Position numbers and translations under genes: made by a program
Source of the DNA: Tubiluchus corallicola
Taxonomy: Eukaryota > Animalia > Priapulida
Assembly: GCA_030141605.1 (NCBI GenBank)
Contig: JAQGDQ010000015.1
Span: forward strand, 186,001-250,000
Direction of reading: 5' to 3'
DNA length: 64,000 nt
In this document: positions 1 to 15,000 of the stretch, piece by piece
How the letters are laid out: each line of letters begins with the position of its first letter
Position numbering within the stretch: the stretch's first letter is position 1
Notes under the pieces: generated by a model
What the model was told of the DNA's origin: nothing
Databases searched by the model: none
The model's input: the letters and a program-made list of their open reading frames with translations, nothing else

Positions 1-73
1 ACATTCTTTTAGCATTGCATCCTCAATAAGAGACACTGACAGTTCTGGTGCTCGTTCATCTTTTAAAATTTCC
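1..73 (-). CDS. ECPAS: ECM29 exon 39 (partial, runs off window)
   Basis: cag acceptor then [24 protein letters not shown], open to base 1. Confidence 0.85.
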
Positions 74-3000
74 CTGCAATTATCACGACCAACAAATAGT
101 ATCATCCGTTAGTTATTTTCAACTGTTTCCAGCCTCCCCAAAACCTGTTTATTCATGTTCCTATATGTCACACTATTACTTACACCAAAAAAGTTGATCT
201 ATCCTAAATTAAAATTTCCTTGTCTGGATAAATACTAAGATAGATACAGATACGTTTTTCAAAGCTAATTACAATGCGAAATAAACAAAATTGCTTAGGC
301 AAACTACAAAAACTCTATGAGGAGACAGTAACAGTTATGGAAGAATATGGTAGATTCGTCCCTAAAATTCAATTTATTTGATCTAAAAAAACAAAAGTAG
401 TGTACTCCCTGTTTTGTGGTGTAATTGGGTACATGAGATCATACAGTTTAAAAAATATTTCTGGTAATCATTGGCATCACAAGAAAAATTACAAAAACCC
501 CCGTCATCATAACTGATCATACTCTGATATTCTCCAGTGTCACATTCTAAACACTTTGAAGGTAAATAAAATCATTTATACTAAAACTTGTTTTGAAACT
601 ATATTGCACAATGATAGCAAAACAACGGTTTATGATTCTGTTGAAAAGATAAATACAACTTGCATATTTATATGCTCAAAATTTGGAAATAAATAAAAAG
701 GAAATTCTTATTTTGGATTTAACCAGTTGCACATATGTCAGTTGGTGAACAAGAACAATTTTTAAAGTTCCGCTTACTTGCAATTCGTACACAGTGCAGC
801 CAGAGCTTCTAAAAGTGCCTCTTTGCCGTCCCATGTACGAGAAGTCAACCCGTCCAGCAGTGCATCCAACAGCTGCCTCAGGTGAACTGCACTTAAATTT
901 TTACTCGACTTATTTGCTGAAAACAGAAAAAGTCTCATAACATCATTGGTATAATAGCTGAGCTTGAAAGCACAAATAACATCTGAAGACTAATACTATA
1001 CATGAAGAAAAAAAACTGCTGTTTTCACGACAGTTAGGGTGGTTCAGTAAAAGTGAACTACAAGACATGCACATGCCTAGGTCAATGATGTAATATACAT
1101 TGACCAAATAACATTAACTATTTAGCAATCAAAAAAGTGCAAAAACATTACCAATGGTTTCCATAGCAGTAGCAGCTTGAGCTTTTCTGTGCCATGAATT
1201 TGAGTTTAGACCAGCTTTTGTAATATCAATTAGTTCAGACAAATAGAGACGAATTCCTCCTTCCGTGCCAGGTGTGCATTCTGTCCACACGTCTTCAAAT
1301 ATGACTTTATCATTATTGCTTGGATCTTCTAAAAATAAAATGCTGCAAGTTAATTATTACATTTAGAAAGCATGAATTGTGTCTTCAAAATTATCACTTT
1401 TTACTTTTGGTGACGGGCATCAGAAATGTACTTTAGTCCTTATCCTCCAAGAATAAAATTGAGTCCTCAAAGCTTAGGATGCAAACAACAGCCAAAACTA
1501 ACATAAAGTGCTCACCAGCCAAAGAAATACTCTGAACAGGAAATTTATTAACATTAGTAAGGTTGCAAAATATTAAAATAGTAATGTTCTCATTCATGTC
1601 CAAATAAGCCTGGAAAACCTTGATCACTTACACTTATAGTCATGAATCAATTTTAATATCCTGATTAGAGGGCTAAACTTTTCCAAAAATCGTCAAAAGT
1701 AGCTTGCAAACCTGGTCTGGTTTTACTTTAGTTTCAAGTTCTCCATGAGAAATAAGCAATATCCACAAGAACTGCCTTGTTACAGGATCAAGACTGATCC
1801 AACTTATCTGTGAAAGTGTGCTTGCTCACAGTTAATTGTATTTCAATAGATAATGCAAAATAACTTCAAATTTCGCTGTTGATAAAAACAATATCTATAG
1901 CAGCGTCAATAACAAAACAACAATGATGGCAGTGGTGGAGGACAACGATGAAAAGTCTTGAAAACAACAACAGCTGCAATATATGAATACTTCTATACTA
2001 CTGCTAGTACAATGCAAGAACAAGAAAAGATCTATATAGATGCAATAAGATTATATGTGCAATGAACACATTTATATGACATCACATATATGAAGTATGA
2101 AAAAATATATTAAGACAATGACGATGGTTATCGAATCACATAGATATTACCTAAATTTTTATCCATTTTTCTGTGCATAGCAAAGAAAACAAGTGGCAAA
2201 ACTTGACTGCCATGTGCTTTTAGTATGTCAGGACTATCTCTGCTCACAGCTTGTAAGGCATATGCAACAGCTGACTGGATGGTCTCATCTGAAATCAGGT
2301 ATTAATCGTTTTTTGCAACAAACAATTGAAACGTATTTTTGCACAAAAATGAGCAAATTAGTCACAGCAGTGAAAATGACTTTTAAATAAGAGAAACAGG
2401 TCTTCTAATAAAAGACTGAACATACTGTAAAAAGTAAAATAAACAATGAACATGCTGGAAATGTTTGTAAATGTTCTGAGGAAGACCTTACATAATGATT
2501 TTTGGTTACATAAATTACAATGAAGGCAAGTTGCAGCAACATGTCAGCTTCGACAGATGGTGGGTATCATGTACTCCATTTATGAAGCCATAGTTTACTG
2601 TACCAGTACATATAACAGTAAGCAGCACTACTCAGCAAGTTTTCAGTAACCAACTGTTTGGTGATTAAACATCAAAGTCTTAATACCATTACACATCCCC
2701 AGGCACAGCAGTGCACTGGGGCCAAAACCACAAAAATTTCAATATGTAAATGATAATCAATTGGCAAACTATACAGACGGAGATTCCACAGTATGAAATT
2801 ACTATGAATTTTTTATTATTAATCAAGTGTGAAGTGTTCAACACAAACATTGCAAAATTTCTTTGCAGACAATTTCTTTATGCACGAAATCCGTACACAT
2901 ACATGCGAGGTTGCAGAGGTGACCATGATACTAAATCACAAACGAATGCCAATGTCCATTTGTAACATAATAACAAATATTTATAGTTTAGTATAGTATG

Positions 3001-6000
3001 TATAGTATTTTTTTATTGACAGCAAATCACAACATACATAAACATGGGGACCCTATGCAGGTGGGCCCCCGAAGCAACTGCCCAGCACGCCCATGTGATA
3101 AGATGGCCCTGATCAAAGTCAATAATTATGAATACAAATGCTGAAAGTAAATTCATGCTGGAGACAGTATTGTCTTAATCAAATGCTCTTAGTTTGTTTA
3201 AAATTACAAATTAAATTGTTCTGTCAGTAATCAATTGTGTTAACAATTGTGCATAACAAAGATTTAATCCTTAATGGCAACAACAGTGACAGTTAATAAA
3301 AAATTTCCACAATTAAGAAAAGAGGAAAAGCTCTTTTTTCTTCCTTTCTTAATAGTGAATTTTTTTTCATTAATAAACACTGAGTAATTTGCAAGCTGCA
3401 TATTTCGTTTAGAATGGTAAAAGTGTAATCGGAAAAAATATCATTTTGCAAGCTCAGTTCACAATAATTTAGCTAATACTTTTCTGGTTTACAGTATTGC
3501 ACAACTGAAACAGTGCACTGTTTTCTACTTTTTCCAATTTTACTAAACACCAACAGTCACTGATAATATTAACTATAGGAAAAACAGTTAGACGTACCAT
3601 CTTTTTCCATATACCATTCATTCAGCTTCAAAAACAGCTTGTCCACACTAGCATCTTTAGCACATCTGACTAGATGACCGATTGCAGTAGCATAGTGTTT
3701 TCTAACAGTCGCATTCCTATCTGTTAGCCCGTTCAACATTGCTCGCATTAACTTCCCTATTAGCAAAACATCCAGAAAACATAATGTTAATTTATTACAG
3801 TACTCAAGATAAAAGTATAGATAAAACCCAGAAAGTCCCTAAAAATAATTTACTTAATTAATAGTGTCAGTAACACGTTGTTAAAAGACCAGTAATATCA
3901 GCTGGTTTAATAGCTCTCAGAAAATAATGTTTTTTATATTTATTTACAACCAGACTTTAATTAAAATTTAATTTGATTTGATGGCTAAAGTTTACAGTTC
4001 CCCACAACCAAGAAATTAGTTGATGAAGTGGATTAGGATTAGGGTACTTAAATTGTGTGAGGAATTGTAAGCTCATTCTGATTTGATTTGATCTGGTAAT
4101 TAGATAAATCTTACAAGTTTGTTTTCTGACACATTGTAAGTACAAAGCACAAAAAAGTTAAGCAGTCACTCACAACCAATGGTTTCTAACAAAAATGCTA
4201 AGTTTGCCCTGAAATTGTCAAATTTAAGAAGCTGGAAATTTAGAAACTTAAAACTAATGCAGCTTGTTTAAGCATATCTTGTTAACAGTTCTTGATAGTT
4301 AGCATAAACAGTTTCTTTACGATGTTGATAGTATTTGAAAACACGATGATAATGTATCTGCAGTGTCAGTATCACCATTTAGCAGCACCACCTTTGCTAA
4401 AACCAACACCATTGTTACTCATTGCCATTGTTACTGCCATCATTAACATCATTACCATCAAAAAATTACTTTAGCAAACTGCCATACCTGCATGTGGTGC
4501 CAAATCCCGGGGAGAATGGACTGCAAGAGAAGTCACAAAGTTGGCACAACCAGCCTGAAATGCCAATAATGCAAATACTGTAAAGTTCACTCATGACTGT
4601 AACAACATAAATACAATTTGGCTTAATTACTAATATAGCAAACTTACAATTACTACTATGAGCCGTAAGGTCATGTGTATATATCAATTAACATCTGCTG
4701 TTATCTACATTTAAAATTCAACAGCAACTGCCACAACAATTAAATAATTAGTATATTACTGTACGCACTAGGTAGCTCATCAATTATCATAAGTTAAAAT
4801 GGTGTTTGTCAAAAATAGATTAGAAGGAAGCTGCTTTCCAATAATTCATTGATGCTGTCGTTAGTAGAGCAACTGCCTTGAAAACTTAATTCCTCATTGA
4901 AAAGGTTTTTGTCAGTTTTCTTCATGCCAATAAAAGAATTACAGAAAGATATCACATTAACCATAAATTAACCAAACTTGAAAAGATTAAAATATGGTTA
5001 AATGTGACAACAGGAAATAAAATTAATATGATTACCTTAGTTCCGAGTCCAATGCCACTCCGAATAAGATCACATAGACGAGGTACCAATTCTGACAACA
5101 CATCAGGATCAACAAATTGCACACACTGCAAAATATAATATCAAATAATTATTGCTGAATTAACATTTAGGGACAATTAACTCATCCAGTTAACTCTTAG
5201 AGTTCAACCTAGAAAAACTGAAAAAAATCAATTCATAAATTATTCAGACTAGAATTAGATGTTGAGTAACGTTTTATCAAAAAAAGTAATTGCACAGTGA
5301 GTATGCAAAAAATATGTCATTACTGAATAAAGAACTTCTATGAAAACTATATAAGAATGCACAGGCACAACTTGTGCTATTTACCTTATTTACAGTTTCC
5401 ATCATTGGGGATGTTTTAGAAGCAGCAACTCTTGCACTATCAAGCTAAAACAAACAATTACCATTGTTTTCTAATAAGGCATTCTAAATATTGTAAGATA
5501 TGTTTGATACAATTACTTTTAGTAAAATCTGTTTGTTTGTCCTTTGTTTTTAATACACATTCTTAACATGTAACACAAGTGTAAAATTTGCATCGTTCTA
5601 CAGAAAGTACGTGAAATTGTATTTGAAAAATGTACTAAAACAGCCTTAATGTACATTTCTAGCTTTGAATTTAATTGAAGTTACAACAACCAATTATTAA
5701 GGTAAAAGAGCGGAAACTATAGCGCAACCAGGCTTCCATTTTGCCAAACAGCTGTTATGATGATGACGCTCATCAAAATGTAAGCTAGTTATTTTATATT
5801 TTTATAAAATACTTACTTTGTCTTGTGTTTCCTGACTGCTGACACGCAAACTCAGGTAGTTCATTACCTGTGGTTCTAGTCCGCTAAGCGCTTCCAAAAG
5901 CGATGGTACCAAGATCGGTATATGGGGCTTCAATAGTGGCCCAGCATTTTTACTGAGCTTCACTAATGTAGCAAGACTAGAGATAAAAAAATACTGTTCA

Positions 6001-9000
6001 CATATACAAAATGAATAATTTTTTACAATATATGCAGGAACACGAGATCAAAAAATATACATGTATATCAACAAATACTTTTAAGTTTAGGGGTCTATTT
6101 GATTTCACTTCTCATTAGATGTTATTTGAAAATTTTAAGTAAATTATAAATTACCAATCATAATCATACCCAAGTGTACGGATTTCCGGAACAGAATTTT
6201 GCACACCATCTTTAAGAAGAACAGGTAAAACTTGTTTGATGGCTTCTTCCCCAATTTTGCCATAGTTAGGATCACAGATTTTGATGCAACACTAATAAAG
6301 AAAAGATACAGTAAACACGGCAAATCAACAATGTCATTTTTTCAAAGAAAGATTGAGGTTTAACAACTACACTAAATCTAAAACACGAATAAATTACGTA
6401 AATGTGACTACGAGAAAAGCTGATTTTTAAACTAGCAAGTTACAAAATGAAAAAACAAATTTTACCACAGTTAAAAAAATACTTTATACTTTTGCTTTAA
6501 CCCAAAAAACTTCAATAACTTGAGACAATCAGCTGGTTTACCTTGCTCAATGTTTGCAATGCTACATCGGCAGCTTTGCGCACGCTTTCTTTTATATCAT
6601 CTCTGACTCGAAGTAAAATCTCCCACAGGGTCGGTAATTCAGGCACTACAACATCTAGAGAACGTCCTCGCAGTAAGTCATTCAGTGCCATGCAGCTAGA
6701 TTCTCTTACACGCCACAAATTACTTGTTAAGTTTGTTATCAAGTCTTGAAGTATCTCCTTCATATACAAGTCAACCTAGACAGTGTTTTGAAAGAATAAA
6801 ATCACTACATAAGAAATGTATTAAAGAAAGTACGGAAAGATTATTACGAATTAAAAGTTTTTGAATAGAAGAATAAAACTCAGTTACAATTTACTAGTGC
6901 AGAGTGATTTATAAAAAATCTAAAAAGGATATAAAAAATCACTATCAGCATAGCAAAGTCTAAAGTAAAAATGCATTATATACTCATACTGATTAAACTC
7001 AAAAATAACTAGAAAGACTTATGCAACTTATAGAATGAATGATAAAAGATAGCACACCCATGCCCAGACAACATCGGGAACAGTAGTGGTACGAGGCAAC
7101 AGAACTTTGAAAATGTCAATTAATAAAAAAAATAAGTCTTTTTCTAGCAGGTCATGTCTGACTAAACCTTATGGTATGTTATTTTGTATTTAATTAAAAT
7201 TCAGTTATCTGCTTTAATTGCTACGTTACCAATAGTTATTTGCATTTTTAAGCAGCCATTTTTTGCTTATACAAACCACACTAATTTTACGTAGAGCTTA
7301 TAGCTTCCTTTTGAAGATTGTCAGAACATACAGATTTATGATTATTCAAATATGCAATTATTCAATAAGATTATGAAGTTTTTGGTGGTTGTTGTGCCAA
7401 TTTTATTTCTGCTAAGATTAAGATTTCCAAATAATTGATCTATTTCTGTTAAAAATGATATACAAAGAACAATTATGATAAACAAGGAAGGGATTTATTT
7501 CAAAAATATTCTCACACTGGACAAAATTTCATGCAACTGGTGACTAAGGATAAAACTGGCTTTTATTATGAATACTGATGTTTTAACTAGAAGCCTTACT
7601 CGCTTTATACAAAACTGTCAGTTTGCGTAATCTTTTCCAGAAACATAAAGTAATCTTGTACTTCGTATAATCATATGATCCGTATGAATTTTGCCACATG
7701 TACACATTACAAAAATCTTTTGGCCTCAGGAGACAGTGACTTGTAAGCTTAAATGGCTGGGTTTATGTCTAAATCTTTGTTATTCATAGATCAGCGAAGG
7801 TGATTGTAAATGTAAAGTAGGATGGATGTAAACATGTCACTTTAATAAATATTTTCTCACTTTTTCATTCACTAAAACATAACATACTATTTTTTTGTTA
7901 TCGGTAACAAGTGCATTCCACACACTAGACATGGCTTGCTGAACTTTTGGATTTGGATCATACTGGTATCTGTACAGCCGAGGCACAATTTTTGGAAAAT
8001 GCGGAGCTAGTTGCTCACTGGCCTGCGAAGCAATCATACTAAATCCAAATGCTGCTCCCTAAAATAAAAAAACAAATGTAAATAAGCTAAAAAAGATACA
8101 CAGTCATTTTGCAAAATAATGTGCAGTCACTGCAGTGGTTTAGTAACTCAAGCCTGGAAATACGCAAATCACCTCTAAAACAAGAAAAGTGTGTGACATC
8201 ACTGACTGTCTTCAAATCAAAATGCAAATGCATAGATGTTGTAGTGTGCTAATTAACACACTACAAACAACTTTTACTTGTAAAGAACTTGAGCTTTTAA
8301 ACTATCATATAAGTCAGAGGTAGCAACTGCTAACAACTTACATTTTTATAGAGATGTCTTAACGGTAAAATTAAATTTCCGTATTTTTTTAATTTGAAGC
8401 CTTATACCCTCATTCAGACTATAATTAATATCAGACTTCATACAGACTGACTAATTGTATTAAAATTATATTATTAATAACTTTGCAATTATTGGGAAGG
8501 AAGTTGCACAAAGTGAAATAACAATTCAGAAAATATTAACGTTGAATGAAATTAGCTGTAATTATGAAATACAAACGATGTTATAATTCTCTATAAAATA
8601 TCGTTTTTGTTATAAATCCCAGTTTTTATCGCAAATAATCACTGTTAATATTGAATGAGGCTTTCTTTCATCACAGAGCTCAATTATTATAAATAATAAA
8701 TTATAAATCATGCTTCCTTGTAATATAATATTTTTAAATACATAATTATTGGCAATTTGACAAGATAAAACTGCAAATTATTGTTTGTTACATAAAAGGA
8801 AAATTTAATTACGTAATTATAAAATATGTAATTATAAAAGTCTAGTCATGAAAACACAAAAAATCCATCTTTATGCTTCAAATTCAATAATACTATAGTG
8901 CAAATAAATACAGTAACAGCAGCAGGCAAACTTGATAATTTTGAAACAACCACAGAACTTAACTCATCTAGTTAGAATGGATGTATGAATTTACCCCTGC

Positions 9001-12000
9001 AAACTAACTCCTTTTTAGAGGAGATTCAACAAGACCAATGTTCCTGAATAGTGTATTCTATTACACATTTTAAAGCTAATTTGCAAATATAAAAATTTGT
9101 ATTACCAAACTAAATTTGTTTGACTGAAAGAGCTTATGCAACTGCACATCTTATGTAGAATGTATTTTTGTAAAAATGTAAGGCTTGATTAAATATCGGT
9201 GTGGTTAGCCTACTTATTGAATATTATAAAAGGTTATAATCAGACTACTATAGACTTACCCTTATGGCACTCTAGTGCCTATTTTGTTGTAGATTTTCTG
9301 ATATTTCAAATCTTTTGGAATTCATTATGAGAATTAAAAACATTATTGTTTATTTACGGCAGTAATCACACTTAGAATGCTAATAAAGTCAATAAGATGC
9401 GATGACGTGTAAATATTTCAGACGCATACCTTACGAGAGTTCCACGTAGCATGGTGATTAGCAAGGTGCATGAATTTATAAATAAGGTCAGGTTGATTCA
9501 GGTCTGTTGCCAAGCTGCAAAGTTCTTTATAAGTTGAAAGATTTCCATCCCTACAAAAAAATTTAAGAAAATCCAATTAGAGAAAGTACACTCTCCTATC
9601 AGGCAGTGTAACCGAAGTAATAAATTATGAGAAATTAGCAGCGCTAGAGAGCCAATGAAAGTTAAGCTAGATTAATAAAAAAATGGGTGTCAGGTGCACT
9701 TACCCTCCAGGAGCTTTTCCCAAGGTCCCTTCTTCAAACATCTTTGTGTCTTCTCCTATTTTGCGTTTCTGAGTTTTACCGGTCATCAGAGCATCAAGCA
9801 GCTGGGTAACCAACTGCTGTCGGTCATTGTCCATCCCATTCTCATACACCATTCCAAGACCCTTAGAAGCGACATCTTGGGTGAGCTCTGGTAAATAATC
9901 AACATTTCAACAGAATGCAAAGAAAAACACTTTAAAAACACAGCAAACTTCGTAGTTTAAGATGAATAAAAAAAACTGATTCCATATAAGCGTAAGCATT
10001 ATAGGTGAGATGTGTCAGGGACATATCAGAACAAGTCACTGTCAGTGATCAAAATGGTTCCGTGAAACTTCAACCAGCATCAAGGTATTGCACATAGTTC
10101 CAAAGAGTTACAAAATAATTTACGAAGTTATTAAAATAGTATCTTTTACATAAGCACTTTGAAGACTGTGGTGTAACAGGCTACCCAAACATCTTCAGTT
10201 TTTAAAGAATTTGTGTAAGCAATACCAGTCAAGTTTTGAGAATCTCTCTAATTTAGCAGGTGTTTAATTGCAAATGAGCAAAAGTTCATTGAATACACAC
10301 TAGCATGTGGCATGATTAGATTTCATCACCGATGCACCGGATGTCTCTAAACTTTCTCTTAAATAAATTTAAGATATGAGAATACACCAGGAAGGTTGAA
10401 TCAAGTTTGAACAGAAAAACAAAATCCAGGATAAGTGGAAAAAGGTGACCAGGATCAACTCTCCCACTCATCCCTGATTATCTGTGATATCATGTAAAGA
10501 CATTTCCACAGTGTGCAAACGGCAACAGCACATTTTTGTTTGAGACTCTGGGCAATAAGCGAACATTCTGTTGTAGCCTTCAGTACACTAATGTGTTGTA
10601 CATGTTTCTTGCCTTACCGTCAATCTATTTGGTACTTTACATGTGAGAGATGCGTCAGCTTTGAGGCAAGTATAACTTAATTCACAATTACTTGGACAAG
10701 TTTAAAACTTGAAAAAATCAAAGTACTCTCAAAGAGTCTATCTTTTGCTTGGCAACTTGGTAGTTTTGACTTTTTGGTAGCTGTCTCATTAGTCTAAAAT
10801 GAGCCATCGAACCAGCAAAGATGCCTCAGCCGTGTTCGAATGTCAAAACATCCCCTTCTTGGGAGGTAACCAGCAATGTTCAACACAGCTGCCAATGAAA
10901 TCACCCCGAACAAGTATCAAACCCAAGCAGCAGTCAACCAATCATGAGAAGCATACTCCTGTATAAGGCCATAAACCAAGGTGTTGTGAATATTTTAGCT
11001 GTTCTCCGACACATATGATTGGCATTGTTACTTAAAGCTAAAAACTGCAATACATTCTCTGATTAGTAAAACACATTTGGTAATTGATTGGCATTTTGAA
11101 ATTATTAAGTAGAGAGCTTTATCTTACCATCACTCTCTCCAAGAAGATTTACAAATGCTGTCTGAATGTCCATCAATTGTGATTTGACTGTTCTGTGATT
11201 TCCACATTTTTTTACCATAGTAAGAAGCCAAATACAAGCTGCCTAAACAAAATACAATCACCAACGATTGCACGTGTTCAAATGACCATACTTTTATTTC
11301 AAGAATATCAACTTATAGCAAGACCAAACACTAAAGTGAGGATGATAATGCATTAAATTACAGCGCAATCGCAACTATCTCGAAGATTAACAAAGTATTT
11401 ATGCAGCTTTAACAATATTTAATTTTAAAGAAATTAATAGTCTATTATGCTCAACCACTGCACATTAAAATTCGGTTAATTTGTACAATGATACAATGGA
11501 GCTACAATTACTGAGTTAATGATACCAGATTTGACCAAACAAATTCAATCTTTTTGTTGTAATATTGTTTCAATAAAGCTTGATTTCAAGAATCCAGTAA
11601 TTGCATGTGTATTCTATCATCAACCAATAATAATCTGAGAATTGGGATTTTAAATAAACTAGCCCGTAATATTGTGGTGAATTGCACTGTAAGGTTTCTA
11701 TGAACCTTAACTGTTTGAAAATTGTTTGATGCTTATAATTATTAAAATAATTGAGATTCTCTTCTACTTCTGTTGCAATACAAAATCTGATGGTTAGTAT
11801 TGCTAACAGATACACAAAAAGATGACATTTGTGGAACTCAAGTGAAATTTTGAACTTTCACGTGTCAAGAACTATCAGTCAACATAAACTTGACAAATAG
11901 AAACAAATTTGCCTAATAGTTTATAGATAATTTGTGTATGAATCGGCCTACCTGTCTATGACTGTGATTACCACTCACAACATACTTATTCAGTAGCTGA

Positions 12001-15000
12001 TCTAATAACCATGATAATTCATCCGGCTCCTCACTTTCTAAAGTACTCTTAAAAAAGATAGAATACCATATAGATTTACGGCAAAATAAAAACACCTTTA
12101 ATCCAAATAGTATAACATTTATTGTTTGGGCTACTCCAGAAAACAACATTTATACTTTTTTCACGACTTCTAAAGTAGCAACATTATTTGAAAAACAAAT
12201 CTATTAACGGCTCTAAGAACGAAAATAGGGCAACCTTTTTAAATGCTACGCACTAACTGAAAGACTTTTTCACACCTATAACCACGTTAACACAAAGAAA
12301 TTTTTTGCAGTTTGAACATGGTGTACATTTTTACTTTAAGATTTTTATATTTGTCTGTTTTAGTGTGTGTTTTCAGTATTTGTTTTCTCTTCAAAAGTTA
12401 ATTGAAGGCATTTTTACAGACTAAAATTGAGATACTAAAATTCAAAATTGAGGCAAGCTTGTCAGATTTGCTAAAATTTCAGTGTTTTATTTATATCTGT
12501 ATCTTAATTTCAAATTGATCAACTTCGATTGTCCAGATAAATGCAGTACCTACACAACACTCCTGACAAGCAACACATTTTTTGGATTTTAAAGTCTTGA
12601 AACTAGCTTTGAAAGCCTAGTCTAGCATCAAAAAAGATGATTTTCTAACTGTAAAAACTAACTCTTAAATAATTTTCTTAATCAACAAATTTAATTACTG
12701 TTTTGATGCTTTAAAGATGATGTATGTCTGCATTTAGATGCTTCTGCTTCATTAAAGTCATTTTGAGCTAAATTTCCATTATGTAATAATATAGTTTCAT
12801 CTTCCTCATATTTATGCTTTTTTTCAGTAACATTAAATGTGACATCATCAAGCAGGGCTAGATTTACCAACAGGCAAGGCAAAGGCCATTAGCCTAGAGC
12901 CTACGGGTATCTAGGGGCTAACTGAAACTTATTTGTCCCTCAGCATACCAATGTATAACCTTGTTTCAAGAGTACATCGGATATTTTATTATATAATGTA
13001 TTCAAAACCATAAGGGCCCCTATACAATATATATATTTATTTATGAAACATGCCAACATTTCTGTAAATCTTGATGTCCACTAATGAGTTTGGCCTAAGG
13101 CCAGCAAATTGGTAAGTCTAGCCCTGTCATCAAGACTCCTTTTACTTATATGTTTCACTATAGTATAGGCTAACTGCAAATAGTTGCACTATTTATAAAA
13201 AAATTAGAAGGCTAAAATTTTAGAAAGAGCATAAATTACAGTCAAATAATCCTTTTCACTCTTCTGCCACACGTCTCGACATAATGGAGATTTTTTTCCT
13301 AAGGCAGCCAACACTAAGGCATCGCCGCATGTAAAATGCAATTCTACTTGTTTCGCCTAATAAAACGAAAAATAAGAAGCATTAAAAATTTATTTCACAG
13401 CATTATATTATTAACATGGGTATGCCACAAGTTAGGGTAGTCTGTCAAATAAACATGTTCGCAGAGTGAACAATAAATTGTAATTTTTAGTATTTAACCT
13501 TCAGAAAGGGCTAGAAGAAATGTGTACAAATGTGAAAATTTAATTACTGGATACTGCTACATCTGCAAATCAAAAATGATTTTGAAATTATACACCCCCT
13601 TCCATAGGTACAATTGTTCAACTATCCAAACTGGCTGAATGGATCATCATTTTCTTTAGTTATGCATAAAATTTCACACATAAAAAGAATTTGCCCATGT
13701 GGACAGAAACTATTTTAGAAAACCCTCCACAGGGTCTTGCATATGAGAGTGTTCATAGACTCTTTTCACCTGTGCGGAATTAAGAAGCTGTTCCATCACA
13801 TATCGTTTCCATGGAAAGTTGTTATCTCCTATACAAAGACAAGCCAGCGTATTTATTGCTTTTTCCTTTACCTGCAAAAGTCAGATGACAATATACTGCT
13901 GATAACATAAAATACATTCATTAGTCACATACCAGTCAAAAAATTTCATACCAGTCAAACAAGAAAATGAGTAGAGCAAAAAGTACTATAGAAATACAAA
14001 AAATGTACATTGATAATTAACTGTTATTTAATGTTATCGACTTGTTCCAAATCAGATAATGCCAAAAATGGCATTCCATTAGTTCAAATCCTGATGTACA
14101 CACACAGAAAATAATGCAAAATATATGTGTTACACAGTATAATCTTAAGACTAGTCTAGACTTGATGGGTGTGAGCAGCCAACTTGTTCGCCTAAAATAA
14201 CTAGTGCAACAACAATTAGACATTTTGACTCTCCTATGTTTGTGTTATATATAAGCCGACTCACTGCATTATTTTCTTGACCGATGTCCAACTTTTTCAC
14301 AAGAAGCTTTACTATAGATGCCTTGGTTACTTCCTTATTGTCAGCTGATTCGAGACTGCCCTCAGGCAACGGTAGTGCCATCTTGCAAGCAACTTCAGAA
14401 AGGGCACTGCTCGCTCCCGAGACTACGACTGGATTAGAACTAAATAGCAGCTTCACTATAACAAATTTTTAGAAATCATAATTAGCTATGCACATGTAAA
14501 AGATCTATAAATCAAATTCCATTGATTTTTCTGTTCAAATGATCACCTATTCAACATTAGGCAAGGAACTTCGATACTTAAAGGGGAAGAAAAGGGGGTT
14601 TTTAAGTAAGTCCTGAAAAACTTTCATACTGCATTATAGTAATTAGCATTACAGTTACTACTTGAAAGACTTATATAACTGGAAAAGAAAATTCTTAATA
14701 ATTTAAAACATTCATACCACCTGGTTTAACATTACTGGTTTACTGTCCCAGTGTTATCACTGGCGCATCAAAAAAATGTTATTAATCTTACTGATAAAAT
14801 AAGGTATTTCATCCTTTTTTGCTCAGTTAGTAAAGTATGCGCTATGGATTATTTCACTATTTTTCTAATTTTACGCAATGTTACCCGAATTTACTTCAAT
14901 TTCTTCGTCTGTGACTGACAGTTAAACTGACTGTCAGTGAGGAGTTTAAATTTGCATTTCACACAGGTTTATATATGCTGATATAAGTTCTCCATGCATT

